Shown here: positions 1 through 11,223 of the stretch, one piece after another | Layout: every line of letters starts with the position of its first letter | How positions within the stretch are numbered: the first letter of the stretch is position 1 | Origin: an uncultured Actinomycetota bacterium | Lineage (GTDB): Bacteria > Actinomycetota > Actinomycetes > S36-B12 > UBA10799 | DNA length: 64,000 bases | Direction of reading: 5' to 3' | Assembly (NCBI GenBank): GCA_963704075.1 | Contig: CAVPGV010000010.1 | Span: 8,685-72,684 of the forward strand | Position numbers and translations under genes: made by a program | Notes under the pieces: generated by a model | Told to the model about the DNA's origin: nothing | Databases searched by the model: none | The model's input: only the letters and a program-made list of their open reading frames with translations

Positions 1-357
1 GGTCCGGCCAGCCGGTACATCGTCGACCCGGACCCGGCGATCGTCCGATCTGGCCTGGTGATGAACGCAGCGGCAGTCACGCAGAGTCACCTTCTGGACG
101 AACGGCTCGCTTTCTTCACCTGCGACGACCCACCGCCGTCCTGGTTGGGACGCAGCATGCGGGTCGTACAGCAGGTGACCCTGAAACAGGTACGGACGGC
201 GTGTCTCCAGAACGGATTGCACAGCGCAACAGTGTGGGCGCGCGGTTTCCAGCAGACGCCCGACATCGGCGTGCCCCATGGGCAGGACGCGATAGTAGTG
301 GCAGCCAGGCTTGGCGACCGACGCACCAGCACCGCGTGGATCGGCACACCCGCCTGA
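1..357 (+). CDS. 3' end (about 118 codons) of a SAM-dependent methyltransferase with THUMP-like C-terminal domain; the 5' end lies outside the window
   Basis: Frame 1 is open from nt 1 to TGA at 355-357. The translation GPASRYIVDPDPAIVRSGLV...LDERLAFFTCDD...VTLKQVRTACLQNGLHSATVWARG fits the recalled C-terminal pattern of actinobacterial class I methyltransferases (not searched). Confidence 0.4.
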   Translation, partial: GPASRYIVDPDPAIVRSGLVMNAAAVTQSHLLDERLAFFTCDDPPPSWLGRSMRVVQQVTLKQVRTACLQNGLHSATVWARGFQQTPDIGVPHGQDAIVVAARLGDRRTSTAWIGTPA

Positions 358-411
358 ACTTCGGTAGCCCAACAGCGAGGACGTCTGGCTACGGTCACGT
401 GCCATGATCAT

Positions 412-691
412 TCCTCGAACGACCCCTGATCTGCGGGCCATCTGACAACCAGTGGGCCATCTCGTCGGCAGACCCTGCCCAGTGCCGCAGCCCGCTACCG
501 GCGGCCGTCCGTGGGCAACACCGCACCGGCCCCCACCCCGCTTGACCCGATGAACCAGCCCGATAGTTGCCGAATGACCCGTAATCTGCGGGCCATCTGA
601 CAACCAGTGGGCCATCTCGTCGGCAAGACCCTGCCCAGTGCCGCAACCCGCTACCGGCGGCCGTCTGTGAGCAACACCGCGCCGGCCCCCA
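412..691. repeat. Two tandem copies (period 155 nt) of a ~120-nt noncoding repeat; a third truncated copy lies at 28034-102
   Basis: 429-535 and 584-691 differ by 4 substitutions and 1 indel. Each copy contains the sub-repeat GGGCCATCT twice, 21 nt apart. The leader CGAAYGACCC precedes both copies. Confidence 0.85.
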
Positions 692-904
692 GTGCTGCGA
701 CCCAATGTCGTCGCGGCGGGATGACCAGCAAGCCGCCAGCCGCGCCTGCCCACTGCTCGTCGTCGGCTCTTCCGGGCCCGCTTGGGCCCGCAGAAGGGTA
801 GATGCGCGTCCCGAAGCCGATCGGCATTCGTTGCGTGTGTTTCTGACCCCCAGCAAGGCCGATCGGCTCTTGGGATGCCGAAGGAGGCGGTTCGCAGCTC
901 GCGC

Positions 905-1267
905 CTACCAGAGAACCGCGATCACGACGTTGACGATGGACAGACCACCGATCAAACCCCACACCGCGGTCGAGATCTGGTCCTTCTTGCGGTTGGCCAG
1001 GATCAAGCCGAGCACCACCAGCAGGATCACGAACTTGACGCCGATCTTGGCGTTGTCGGGCAGGGCCCACTCATCGGGGTCCGAATCGTGCAGCGGGTAG
1101 CGCAGTCCCACCAGTAGCACGCCGGTCACCAACTGGGTCAGGGCGCCGTGCAGCATGGCCGGGTTCACCACCCGCGGGGACGACTTGATCTGGACCAGGA
1201 AGCCACCGATCAGCGAGGCGAGGCCGAGGAAGTGCAGGATGACCAGGAGGTTGTAGACGAAGCTCAC
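905..1267 (-). CDS. Small integral membrane protein (4 predicted TM helices), conserved hypothetical
   Basis: 120-aa ORF with hydrophobic segments (LLVILHFLGLASLIGGFLV, LTQLVTGVLLVGL, VKFVILLVVLGLILA, VWGLIGGLSIVNVVIAVLW) and GC3-rich codon usage. Confidence 0.6.
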   Translation of the reverse strand: MSFVYNLLVILHFLGLASLIGGFLVQIKSSPRVVNPAMLHGALTQLVTGVLLVGLRYPLHDSDPDEWALPDNAKIGVKFVILLVVLGLILANRKKDQISTAVWGLIGGLSIVNVVIAVLW

Positions 1268-1316
1268 CGTTCGATTCTCGCCTGCCGGACCGCTGCCCGC
1301 GACAACGGGGCAGATG

Positions 1317-2339
1317 TCAGCCGACGAGCGGCTCGTTCACCGGCAACGACGAATCGGCGCCCAGCAGCCAGCCCGACGCCGGCCTGCCGCGGGCGACCAT
1401 CTCGGCACCCAGTGCCGCGACCATCGCGCCGTTGTCGGTGCACAACGCCGGGCGCGGCACCCTCAGCCGGATCCCGGCCGCCTCGCACCGCTGCTCGGTC
1501 AGCGCCCGAAGTCGCGAGTTCGCAGCCACCCCGCCGCCCAGGATCAGGGTGTCGACCCCGGTGTCGCGACAGGCCGCCAGGGCCTTCGACGACAGGACAT
1601 CGGCAACGGCCTCCTGGAAGGACGCGGCGACGTCTGCCACCGGCGCCTGCGGGTTGGCCTCAAGCCACCGCTTCACCGCCGTCTTCAACCCCGAGAACGA
1701 GTAGTCGTAGACCGCGTCGCGGGGTCCGGTCAGCCCCCGCGGGAAGGCGATTGCCGATCGGTCCCCGTCGCGGGCTACAGCGTCGATCACCGGCCCCCCG
1801 GGAAAACCGAGTCCGAGCATGCGGGCCACCTTGTCGAAGGCCTCACCGGCGGCGTCGTCGATGGTTGCCCCCAGCGGTTCGACATCCTCGGTGACATCCC
1901 CCACCCGCAAGATGGAGGAATGGCCGCCCGAGGCCAGCAGCGCGATGCACCCCTCGGGCAGCGGTCCATGCTGCAACTGATCCACGGCCACATGGGCGCT
2001 GAGGTGGTTGACCCCGTACAGCGGTTTGCCCAGGGAAAGGGCCAGGGCTTTGGCCGCGGCCACTCCGACCACCAAGGCGCCGACCAGTCCGGGGCCCGCC
2101 GTGACCGCGATCGCGTCGATGTCCGCGAAGCCCGCGTGCGCCTCCCGCAACGCCCTCTCGATGGTGGGCACCATCGCCTCGACGTGCGCACGGCTGGCCA
2201 CCTCGGGGACCACCCCGCCGAATCGCACGTGTTCGGGCACGCTGCTGGCCACGGCGTCGGCGAGCAGCGTGGTCCCCGACACCAAGCCGATGCCCGTCTC
2301 GTCGCACGAGGTCTCGATTCCCAACACCAATGGGCTCAC
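1317..2339 (-). CDS. tsaD: tRNA N6-adenosine threonylcarbamoyltransferase TsaD (Kae1/Gcp family)
   Basis: 340 aa. The N-terminus [16 protein letters not shown] and the HxxAH-type motif NHLSAHVA fit the family. GTG start overlaps the rimI stop (GTGA). Confidence 0.95.
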   Translation of the reverse strand: MSPLVLGIETSCDETGIGLVSGTTLLADAVASSVPEHVRFGGVVPEVASRAHVEAMVPTIERALREAHAGFADIDAIAVTAGPGLVGALVVGVAAAKALALSLGKPLYGVNHLSAHVAVDQLQHGPLPEGCIALLASGGHSSILRVGDVTEDVEPLGATIDDAAGEAFDKVARMLGLGFPGGPVIDAVARDGDRSAIAFPRGLTGPRDAVYDYSFSGLKTAVKRWLEANPQAPVADVAASFQEAVADVLSSKALAACRDTGVDTLILGGGVAANSRLRALTEQRCEAAGIRLRVPRPALCTDNGAMVAALGAEMVARGRPASGWLLGADSSLPVNEPLVG

Positions 2340-2752
2340 AGGTCCAACCCCATCACGAGCGCGTCCGCGAGGTCGGGGTAGTACCGCTCCCGGACCCGAA
2401 CCCGCCCGAACCCGACATCCTCATAGAGCCGGATCGCGGCGTGGTTGTCGGCCCTTACCTCGAGGTGGATGCGCCGGCATCCGCCCTGTGCGGCATGGTC
2501 CAGCAGGTGGTCGAGAACCCGACGCCCGAGTCCCCGGCCCCGCGCACCGGGCGCCACTGCGATCGTCTGCACGTCCGCGTCCGGCGCCGCGATCCACAGG
2601 CCCCCGTACGCCTGGACCACCCCGTCGTCGGCGACCACGTAGTACCGATCCGCACGGGCAAGTTCCCCCCAGAAGGACTCCGGAGGCCAGGCCGTCGGCC
2701 CGAACACCTCGTTCTCGATGGCGATCACCTGCTCCAGATCCCACCACCGCAT
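2336..2752 (-). CDS. rimI: Ribosomal-protein-alanine N-acetyltransferase RimI (GNAT)
   Basis: [31 protein letters not shown]...[19 protein letters not shown] (GNAT acetyl-CoA motif). Lies between tsaB and tsaD. The start is taken at the internal ATG at 2752; the listed ORF extends further over the tsaB 3' end. Confidence 0.85.
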   Translation of the reverse strand: MRWWDLEQVIAIENEVFGPTAWPPESFWGELARADRYYVVADDGVVQAYGGLWIAAPDADVQTIAVAPGARGRGLGRRVLDHLLDHAAQGGCRRIHLEVRADNHAAIRLYEDVGFGRVRVRERYYPDLADALVMGLDL

Positions 2753-2769
2753 AGGTCGCACCGGAATGC

Positions 2770-3332
2770 TCACTGCGGTTTCGCATCGGGGTCGCGCAAG
2801 TACCAGGGCCGCACCGGCAGATCGGCAGGCACCTCGAGCAGGTCGGCGGCGTCGATCTGCTCGGCGCTCGCCGAGTTCCGGGTACCGGGTCAGCGCCGGG
2901 CCCAATCACCGGCTGACCCGGCCACCGCAGCGGCACCTGCGACGGCGAGAGCACGACCGGTCCGTCGACGCGGCGACCCTGTGCGTAGAGCGCAGCGAAC
3001 ACCTCGCGCCGTCGTGCGTCCGTGACGACCACGCCGTCGCCCACCCGACGCCCGAGTCCGTCCAGGGAACAGACCCCGGCCACCGGAACGTTCAGCGCCT
3101 TCGCCATGGTCAGCGCGGTGACCACGCCCACCCGCAAGCCGGTGTACGGGCCGGGGCCGACGCCCACGACGATCGAATCGATCCGCGACACGTCGTCGAC
3201 CACCTGCCGGATCAAGCCGGCCAGGTGTTCGGCATGTCCGGTGGGCGCCTCGATCCCGGCCGACCGCAGGCCGAAAGCCACACAACAACGCGACGTCGAC
3301 GTGTCGATGGCCAAGATGTGCCCGCTCACAAC
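2770..3332 (-). pseudogene. tsaB: tRNA threonylcarbamoyladenosine protein TsaB, reading frame broken near 2860-2900
   Basis: The N-terminal part VSGHILAIDTSTS...GVGPGPYTGLRVGV is in one frame. The typical C-terminus SAEQIDAADLLEVPADLPVRPWYLRDPDAKPQ* is in another frame, ending with TGA at 2770-2772. An in-frame TGA at 2890-2892 blocks that second frame upstream. Confidence 0.8.
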
Positions 3333-3796
3333 GGCACCGTCCGACCGATCCCGGCGATCCTGACTGTCCGACCGTCGCCCACCGTCTCGATGTCGATCTC
3401 CAGGCGGCGCGCCGACAACTGCTCGGCGCGGTCGCGGCCCCACTCGACGCACACCACGGCCTGTTCGTCGGCCAGGTCGAGGTCCTCGAACTCCCCTGCA
3501 CTTCCCAGACGGTACGCGTCGGCGTGGATCAGGTCGGGGCCTCCCACCAGCGAGGGGTGTCGGCGGGCGATGACGAACGTGGGGCTGGTGACCGGGCCCC
3601 GAACGCCCAACCCCTCGCCCAGTCCCCGCATCAACGTGGTCTTGCCGGCGCCGAGTTCCCCGCTCAACAGGACGACGTCCCCGGCGCGCAGTCGCATGCC
3701 GAGCAGCCTGCCCAGTTCGACCATCGCCGCGGGCGAATCGACCTCACGAACGATCGCTGAAGGCAAGGCGCCGGATCCCTTCGGTGACCTGCTCAT
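3326..3796 (-). CDS. tsaE: tRNA threonylcarbamoyladenosine ATPase TsaE (YjeE)
   Basis: Walker A motif LSGELGAGKTTLMRGL followed by SPTFVI. Sits immediately upstream of tsaB. The exact start is uncertain. Confidence 0.9.
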   Translation of the reverse strand: MSRSPKGSGALPSAIVREVDSPAAMVELGRLLGMRLRAGDVVLLSGELGAGKTTLMRGLGEGLGVRGPVTSPTFVIARRHPSLVGGPDLIHADAYRLGSAGEFEDLDLADEQAVVCVEWGRDRAEQLSARRLEIDIETVGDGRTVRIAGIGRTVPL

Positions 3797-4748
3797 GGCG
3801 TTCGAGCTGGATCATGTGGCCCGTGTTCTCCAAGATCTGCATGTCCGCCTCGGGCAGCGCCTCGCCGATGCGCAGCGTGTGCGACGGCGGGGTCAGGACA
3901 TCCTCGTCACCGCAGATGACCAGTGCCGGGATTCCGTCGAAGGCTTTCAGAGCGTCCACCTTGTCGTGGGCGAACAGGGTCGGCAGGAAGTCCACCACCG
4001 TCTCCATCGGCGTCGCGTTGAGCATCTGCACGGTGAACTCGTTGAGCGAGTTGGGAACCCCCCGGCCGAAACTGGCACGTTTGGTGAGCGCGAAGTTCAA
4101 GTCGGTGTAGCGCACCTGCTGGACCAGCGGACCGGTGCGGATGCGCCGGCCGTTGGCTCCGGTCAAGGCGGTCTGGGCACGCCCAACGATGCCCGCCGGC
4201 AGTCCCAGGAAGTCTGCGGAGACATCCCCGGCGCTGGTGGCCACGAAGCCCACGCCGGTGACCCGGGACCTGATCGTCGCGGGGAACTGGTCGGCGAGGG
4301 CCATGATCGTCATGCCGCCCATGGAATGACCCACGAGGGTGATCGGACCCTCGGTGAAACCGTTGATCACCCATTGAAGGTCGCGGCCCAACTGATCGAT
4401 GGTGTTGTTCTCCGCGGGCCCGCGCTCGCTACGCCCATGGCCGCGCTGATCCCAGAGCACCAGCCGCGCCCGACCCTGCAGCGCCTTGCGCTGGAAGTGC
4501 CAGCTGTCCTGATTCAGGCAGTACCCATGCCCAATGACGATCGTCGGCGCGTTCGGATCACGGCGCGGATGGACCTCCACATACAACTGGGTGCCGTCGT
4601 CGGCCCGCAGCCAATGGGACTCCCCCCGGACGAAGCCGAACGGTTCGTCCTTGGTCGGGTCCGGTTGCCAGGGTTTGCGCACGGCCAGTTGCTCCGCGGC
4701 GACGCCCAGCGCGAGCCCGCCGAGCACAGCGAGTGCGGGTCTGATCAC
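3744..4748 (-). CDS. Alpha/beta-fold hydrolase
   Basis: HG box IVIGHGYCLNQDSWHF, WDQRGHGRSE, and nucleophile elbow LVGHSMGGMT. Confidence 0.85.
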   Translation of the reverse strand: MIRPALAVLGGLALGVAAEQLAVRKPWQPDPTKDEPFGFVRGESHWLRADDGTQLYVEVHPRRDPNAPTIVIGHGYCLNQDSWHFQRKALQGRARLVLWDQRGHGRSERGPAENNTIDQLGRDLQWVINGFTEGPITLVGHSMGGMTIMALADQFPATIRSRVTGVGFVATSAGDVSADFLGLPAGIVGRAQTALTGANGRRIRTGPLVQQVRYTDLNFALTKRASFGRGVPNSLNEFTVQMLNATPMETVVDFLPTLFAHDKVDALKAFDGIPALVICGDEDVLTPPSHTLRIGEALPEADMQILENTGHMIQLERHEQVTEGIRRLAFSDRS

Positions 4749-5872
4749 GTGTCGCCGCCGGAATAGATGCGGGGCACCCGCGGCCCGAGCCGGGTCACGA
4801 TCTCGTAGCCGATGGTGCCGGTGACCTCCGCCCAGTCCTCAGCCAGCGGGACGCCACCCTCACCGCTGCCGAATAGGATCACTTCGTCGCCCTCCGACGC
4901 CGTGTCTGCCCCGAGGTCGAGGACGAACTGGTCCATGCACACGCGCCCGGCGATCGTGCGGCGTTTCCCGGCGGCGAAGACCGGGCCGACGTTGGTGGCG
5001 TTGCGGGGGATGCCGTCGGAGTAGCCCAAGGGGATCACCGCGGTCGTCGCTGCGTCGGCCAGTCGGTATTTGTGACCGTAGGAGAGCCCCGACCCGGCGG
5101 GTAGGTGCTTGACCAGGGCCATGCGACCCACGAGTGTCATCACCGGACGCAACCCCAGGGACGCCGGAGTCCCCAGCGCCTGGCCGGGGGAAACACCGTA
5201 GGTCGCAATACCGGGTCGCACCAGCGTGAAGTGCGCCTCCGGCAATGCCAGGGTCGCGGCCGAATTCGCCAGGTGCAGGTGTTCGGGGTCCACACCCAGA
5301 GACCGGGCTGCCTCGACGGCCTGTCCGAACCGCTCGACCTGAACCGTGTTCAGCGGGTCGCGCGGGTCGTCGGCCACGGTGAAGTGGGACCAGATCGCCA
5401 CGATGGCCAGCGCTCCCGCACTCTGGAGCGCTTTGGCGTGCTGAACGAAAGCCTCCCATTGCGCAGGCGGGCAGCCCGCCCGGCCCAGTCCGGTGTCGAC
5501 CTTCAGGTGGATGCGGGCGCGCCGCCCCGTGGTTCGGGCAGCAGCCGCCACCCGATCCAGGGCCGCCTCGCTGGAGACCCCGAGGTCGACGTCGGCGTTG
5601 AGCACCTGTTCCCACGGGTCGCCCGGTGTCGCCAGCCAGGCCAGTAGTCGACCCGTATCGCCAGCAGCCCGCAGTTCCAGAGCCTCACTGAAGAGGGCCA
5701 CGCCGAGCCACGGCGCACCGGCCACGCGGGCCGCACGGGCCATGGGGATCAGGCCATGGCCGTAGCCGTCGGCTTTCACCACAGCCATCTGCTCACTGCC
5801 CGGGGCGGCGGCGCGCAGCCTTTCCAGGTTATGGGCGAACGCATCTAGGTCGATGCGGGCCTCAGCGCGGGT
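4745..5872 (-). CDS. alr: Alanine racemase
   Basis: PLP-lysine motif AVVKADGYGHG plus the C-terminal GRVCMDQFVLDLG. Start chosen at GTG 5872 (VTRAEARIDL). The longer ORF listed to 6148 would overlap nnr. Confidence 0.9.
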   Translation of the reverse strand, partial: TRAEARIDLDAFAHNLERLRAAAPGSEQMAVVKADGYGHGLIPMARAARVAGAPWLGVALFSEALELRAAGDTGRLLAWLATPGDPWEQVLNADVDLGVSSEAALDRVAAAARTTGRRARIHLKVDTGLGRAGCPPAQWEAFVQHAKALQSAGALAIVAIWSHFTVADDPRDPLNTVQVERFGQAVEAARSLGVDPEHLHLANSAATLALPEAHFTLVRPGIATYGVSPGQALGTPASLGLRPVMTLVGRMALVKHLPAGSGLSYGHKYRLADAATTAVIPLGYSDGIPRNATNVGPVFAAGKRRTIAGRVCMDQFVLDLGADTASEGDEVILFGSGEGGVPLAEDWAEVTGTIGYEIVTRLGPRVPRIYSGGDT

Positions 5873-5921
5873 CACAGACCCGATTCTAGGCGGCGTGCGA
5901 TCGGTCAATCGCAGCCTGAAG

Positions 5922-7292
5922 TCAGACGGCTTCGGCGCAGGCCCATGCCACCGCATCGCGGACCTGCTCAGCGATGTCGACGCTCGTGGCGGGAAAGGCT
6001 GCCCGCTTGCCCGCCTCCCCGTGGACCAAAGCCGCACACGCGGCGATCCGCGCGATCTGTCGAAGGTCGGGGTCGGTACCGACGAAGTGCCGGGCCAGCA
6101 TGCCGCCCAGCAGTCCGGAGAGCACATCACCACTTCCCGCTGCCGCAAGATGGGGGCTGCTGTGGGTGTTGATGAAGACGTGGCCGTCAGGAGTCGCCAC
6201 CACGGTCACCGAGCCCTTGAGCAGGAAGACGACCCCGAGGTGTGCCGCGGCGTGGCGCACCGCAGCGATCCGATCGACGCCCAGTTCGAAACCCATGCGC
6301 GCGAACTCCCCCTCATGCGGAGTCACGACGACCGGTCCGGGTGCGACCTTCGACAGCGCCTCGGCGTCCAGGACGACCGGCCTGCCCGAACCCAGCGCAA
6401 CATCCACCGCATCCTGAAGCCGCGCCTCGTCGGCCAATCCCGGTCCGACCACGTAGGCGTCGGTGCGCCCCCGCGAGGCCACCACGTCGGGGAATCCGGC
6501 CACTGCCGACCGGACCATGCCCACGTCGGCATGGCGGGCACCCGAGGTGCACAACTGCCCCGCGCCGGGGTACTGCCGCGACCCGGCCTCGATGCTGACG
6601 ACCCCGCGTGTGTACTTGTTGTCCCGCCAGTCCGGCGGGGGGAACAGGACCCCGGCGTCGGCAGGCTCCACGACCTCGACGGTAGCCACGGGCAGGGTCT
6701 CAGCCAGGCCGATGTCGACCAGATGCACCTGCCCGCACACGTCCGGACGCAGCACCACACCGGGCTTCAACGTGCCGAAGGTCACGGTGTGATCGGCGTT
6801 CCAAACCTCCCCGGGAACCTCCCCGGTGTCCGGTTGCAGCCCACTGGGCAGGTCCACGGCGATGCTCAACTCGGCCTGGACGGCGTCGCGGATGGCCACC
6901 GCGTTGTCGCGCAAAGGACCGATGCCGCCTATACCCACCACCGCGTCTAGCACCACGTCGGCTCGGCGCGGCGAGCCGACCCGGGCGCCCTCCCGCACGG
7001 CCGCCGCGAGCCCCTCGGGGTGCAGTGTGTCCGAGGTTGCGACGATGTCCACCGCCACCCCCCGGCGGGCCAGCTGGGAGCTGGCGAACAGGGCGTCTCC
7101 ACCGTTGTTGCCCGACCCGGCGACGACGCACAGCCGGATCCCGCTGATCCGGCCGAAATGCTGCTTGATCAGACGCGCTGTGGTCACGGCCAACCCGGTC
7201 GCGGCGCGCTGCATGAGCGCCCCAGGTGGCATCCGGGCCATCAGGGCTTCTTCGGCCGTGCGGATCGTGGAGACGTCGTGGACCGGTCGCAT
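5922..7292 (-). CDS. nnr: Bifunctional NAD(P)H-hydrate repair enzyme Nnr (YjeF epimerase plus ADP-dependent dehydratase)
   Basis: N-terminal domain VVAGSGNNGGDALFA. C-terminal carbohydrate-kinase-like domain GPGL...AAAGSGDVLSGLLG. Confidence 0.9.
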   Translation of the reverse strand: MRPVHDVSTIRTAEEALMARMPPGALMQRAATGLAVTTARLIKQHFGRISGIRLCVVAGSGNNGGDALFASSQLARRGVAVDIVATSDTLHPEGLAAAVREGARVGSPRRADVVLDAVVGIGGIGPLRDNAVAIRDAVQAELSIAVDLPSGLQPDTGEVPGEVWNADHTVTFGTLKPGVVLRPDVCGQVHLVDIGLAETLPVATVEVVEPADAGVLFPPPDWRDNKYTRGVVSIEAGSRQYPGAGQLCTSGARHADVGMVRSAVAGFPDVVASRGRTDAYVVGPGLADEARLQDAVDVALGSGRPVVLDAEALSKVAPGPVVVTPHEGEFARMGFELGVDRIAAVRHAAAHLGVVFLLKGSVTVVATPDGHVFINTHSSPHLAAAGSGDVLSGLLGGMLARHFVGTDPDLRQIARIAACAALVHGEAGKRAAFPATSVDIAEQVRDAVAWACAEAV

Positions 7293-7437
7293 GAACCCAT
7301 CGTGTCCGAAGCCGGCGAAGTGTGTCAGCGCGGCCGGGGGATCGTCGGATCCGACGGTCGCCTACGCGGACGTGCAACTCCACCGGTCGTGCATGCGGCT
7401 TCTGCGACATCTACCCGCCGACAGCAGGCGGACGGCA

Positions 7438-9498
<2,061 letters not shown>

Positions 9499-9699
9499 GA
9501 TGATCTCCTTGCTCGCGATCCCATTAGTCCACCAGGACACGCCCACGACAAGTCATCCCTTCGGTCGACACGATACCGTGGGACGGCCTGTCGTGAGCCA
9601 TAACTCGCCCATGCCGCCGGGCACATCAGCCGCCGCGGACCTGCCGCATGTCGAGAATCTCTCACGCGCTGGGAGCACGGATGCGCCCTCCTGAGCAAC

Positions 9700-9965
9700 G
9701 CCGCCACTCCCGTGAGGTCGGGGCATCCAACCACCTGCAGCAAGTCCTGCACCCAGCACGTCACGCATGAGCTACGCGGTCCCGCCGTTTGAACCCCCGC
9801 CCGTGAGGTCGAGGTAACAGAAGTCAGCCGTCGAGCAACCACCCCCAGCAAGACCTGAGCCCAGCACTTCACGCATCAGAACGTGGCCGGCAGGCCATCG
9901 AGACTCTCCCGGATCGGGGGTGCGAGGCGGCGGATTGCTGTGGCCGTACCCGTTCAACCCCCGCC
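9700..9965. repeat. Intergenic direct repeats (two ~65-80-nt units plus a partial third)
   Basis: CCCGTGAGGTCG...CAGCAAGNCCTGNNCCCAGCACNTCACGCAT occurs at 9709-9770 and 9800-9877. GTTYRAACCCCCGCC occurs at 9787-9801 and 9950-9965. Confidence 0.7.
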
Positions 9966-10605
9966 TGACTCCTGAGCCAGCAAACCGTCGCGCAGCTCGA
10001 CAGCGGCCCGCCGAGTCGCCTCGTCGGCATCCACCCCGCGAAGTCGGGCGGCGGCGACCATCGCCAGGATCGCCTGTCCCACGTCCACCTCATCCAGCAG
10101 GGCGTCGATCCGCGGATCAGGTGCGGGCACCTCCACCCCGCCCTTCTCCGCCCGATGAAGCAACTTCTCGATCAAGGGAATCGCAGGCATCGCCATGGGC
10201 ACGCCATCGGTGACCGACGTGCGCCCCTTCTCGCGGCGCTTTGCGCTCGAACCAGGCCGCCTCCACGTCCCCAGCGGTCTGCGCGGTCTCATCACCGAAC
10301 ACGTGGGGGTGGCGCGCAACGAGCTTGTCCGCGATGCCGCTGGCCACGTCGTCGATGTCGAACGGCGCATCGGACTCCTGGCCGATGCGGGCATGGAAGA
10401 CCACTTGCAGCAGCAGGTCGCCCAACTCCTCGACCAGCGCATCGCGGTCACCGGCGTCGATGGCCTCGATGGTCTCGTAGGTCTCCTCGACGAGGTACTG
10501 GACCAGGCTCTCGTGGGTCTGCTCGGCATCCCACGGGCACCCACCCGGGGAACGCAGGCGATCCATCACGGCCACCAGTTCCAGCAGCCGGGAGCCCCGC
10601 GTCAC
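9954..10605 (-). pseudogene. mazG: Nucleoside triphosphate pyrophosphohydrolase MazG, one frame break near 10243-10258
   Basis: The N-terminal frame reads LRSPGGCPWDAEQTHESLVQYLVEETYETIEAI...VEELGDLLLQVVFHA. It continues in another frame as AKRREKGRTSVTDGVPMAMPAIPLIEKLLHRA. GTG start overlaps the upstream stop (GTGA). Confidence 0.85.
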
Positions 10606-11221
10606 TGTTGCTGCTGCGCCAACTGGCTCAGAGCCTCGCCGCCGCCGGCGACCGGCGTCGACAGGTCATCGGGTAGCGATCCGACGGACAACTGCTGGGC
10701 GTCCCAGGTGCCGAACCTCGGGACTCACCTCGGGCTGCACCTCGTCGCTGAGTTGCTGCACCTGGACCAGCAGACCCGGACTGACCGGTCGGGTCTTCAC
10801 CGGTGATGGTCGTCTTGCTGATGGCCTCGACGAGCAGCGAGGTCCTCACAACGTCAGGAATCTGGTCGGGTAGCACACCGGACTGCAAAGCACCCTGCTC
10901 CAGCGCCTCCCGGCCACCGGCCCGCTCTTCCTCGTCGGCGATCGCCGCGTCGACCTCACCCTTGGTCACATCGACGCCCCGACGGGCCGCCAGTTCGTCG
11001 ACGAGTTCGGCCACCACCCAGCGCGAGATCAGGGCCTGCGACACCTGCGGGCTCTCCGGAATCCCGAGCCGCTGCGTCAACGTCGTGGCCGCGTCGGCCA
11101 GTTGCGAATCGGTCAGTCGTTGCTCACCGACGACCGCTGCCGAGCCCGCCAGGTTCTGCCCGCAACCGACCAGGGCGAAGCCCGCCACCAGCAGAAGGGG
11201 GATCCATCGCTTGACCGCCAC
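10602..11221 (-). pseudogene. Lipoprotein with SurA-N-like chaperone domain, at least two frame changes between ~10700 and ~10800
   Basis: Signal peptide and lipobox MAVKRWIPLLLVAGFALVGC. The expected C-terminus PRFGTWDAQQLSVGSLPDDLSTPVAGGGEALSQLAQQQQ* is in a third frame. An intermediate segment LLVQVQQLSDEVQPEVS is in a second frame, with an extra C in a CCC run around 10715. Confidence 0.7.
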
Positions 11222-11223
11222 GC

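Noticed and set aside
412-691. Possible CRISPR array, because of the repeated sequence at the start of the window.
   Set aside because: There are only two long (~107-120 nt) copies separated by ~47 nt. No short regular repeat/spacer periodicity is present and no cas genes are in the window.
2718-4766. Very long ORFs on the strand opposite to recognised genes. Examples: 2718-4766 (682 aa), 6826-8814 (662 aa), 13936-15627 (563 aa), 21372-23198 (608 aa), 23599-25581 (660 aa), 40702-41871 (389 aa).
   Set aside because: These are typical shadow ORFs of very GC-rich DNA. Their translations are Arg/Gly/Pro/His-rich with no motifs, and each lies antisense to a gene with a clear conserved product.
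7349-7362. The 14-bp palindrome CGTCGGATCCGACG and the small hairpin CCGCC-N7-GGCGG (7415-7431) downstream of eno as terminators.
   Set aside because: The stems are short or have no loop, and there is no U tract. They are too weak to call with any confidence.
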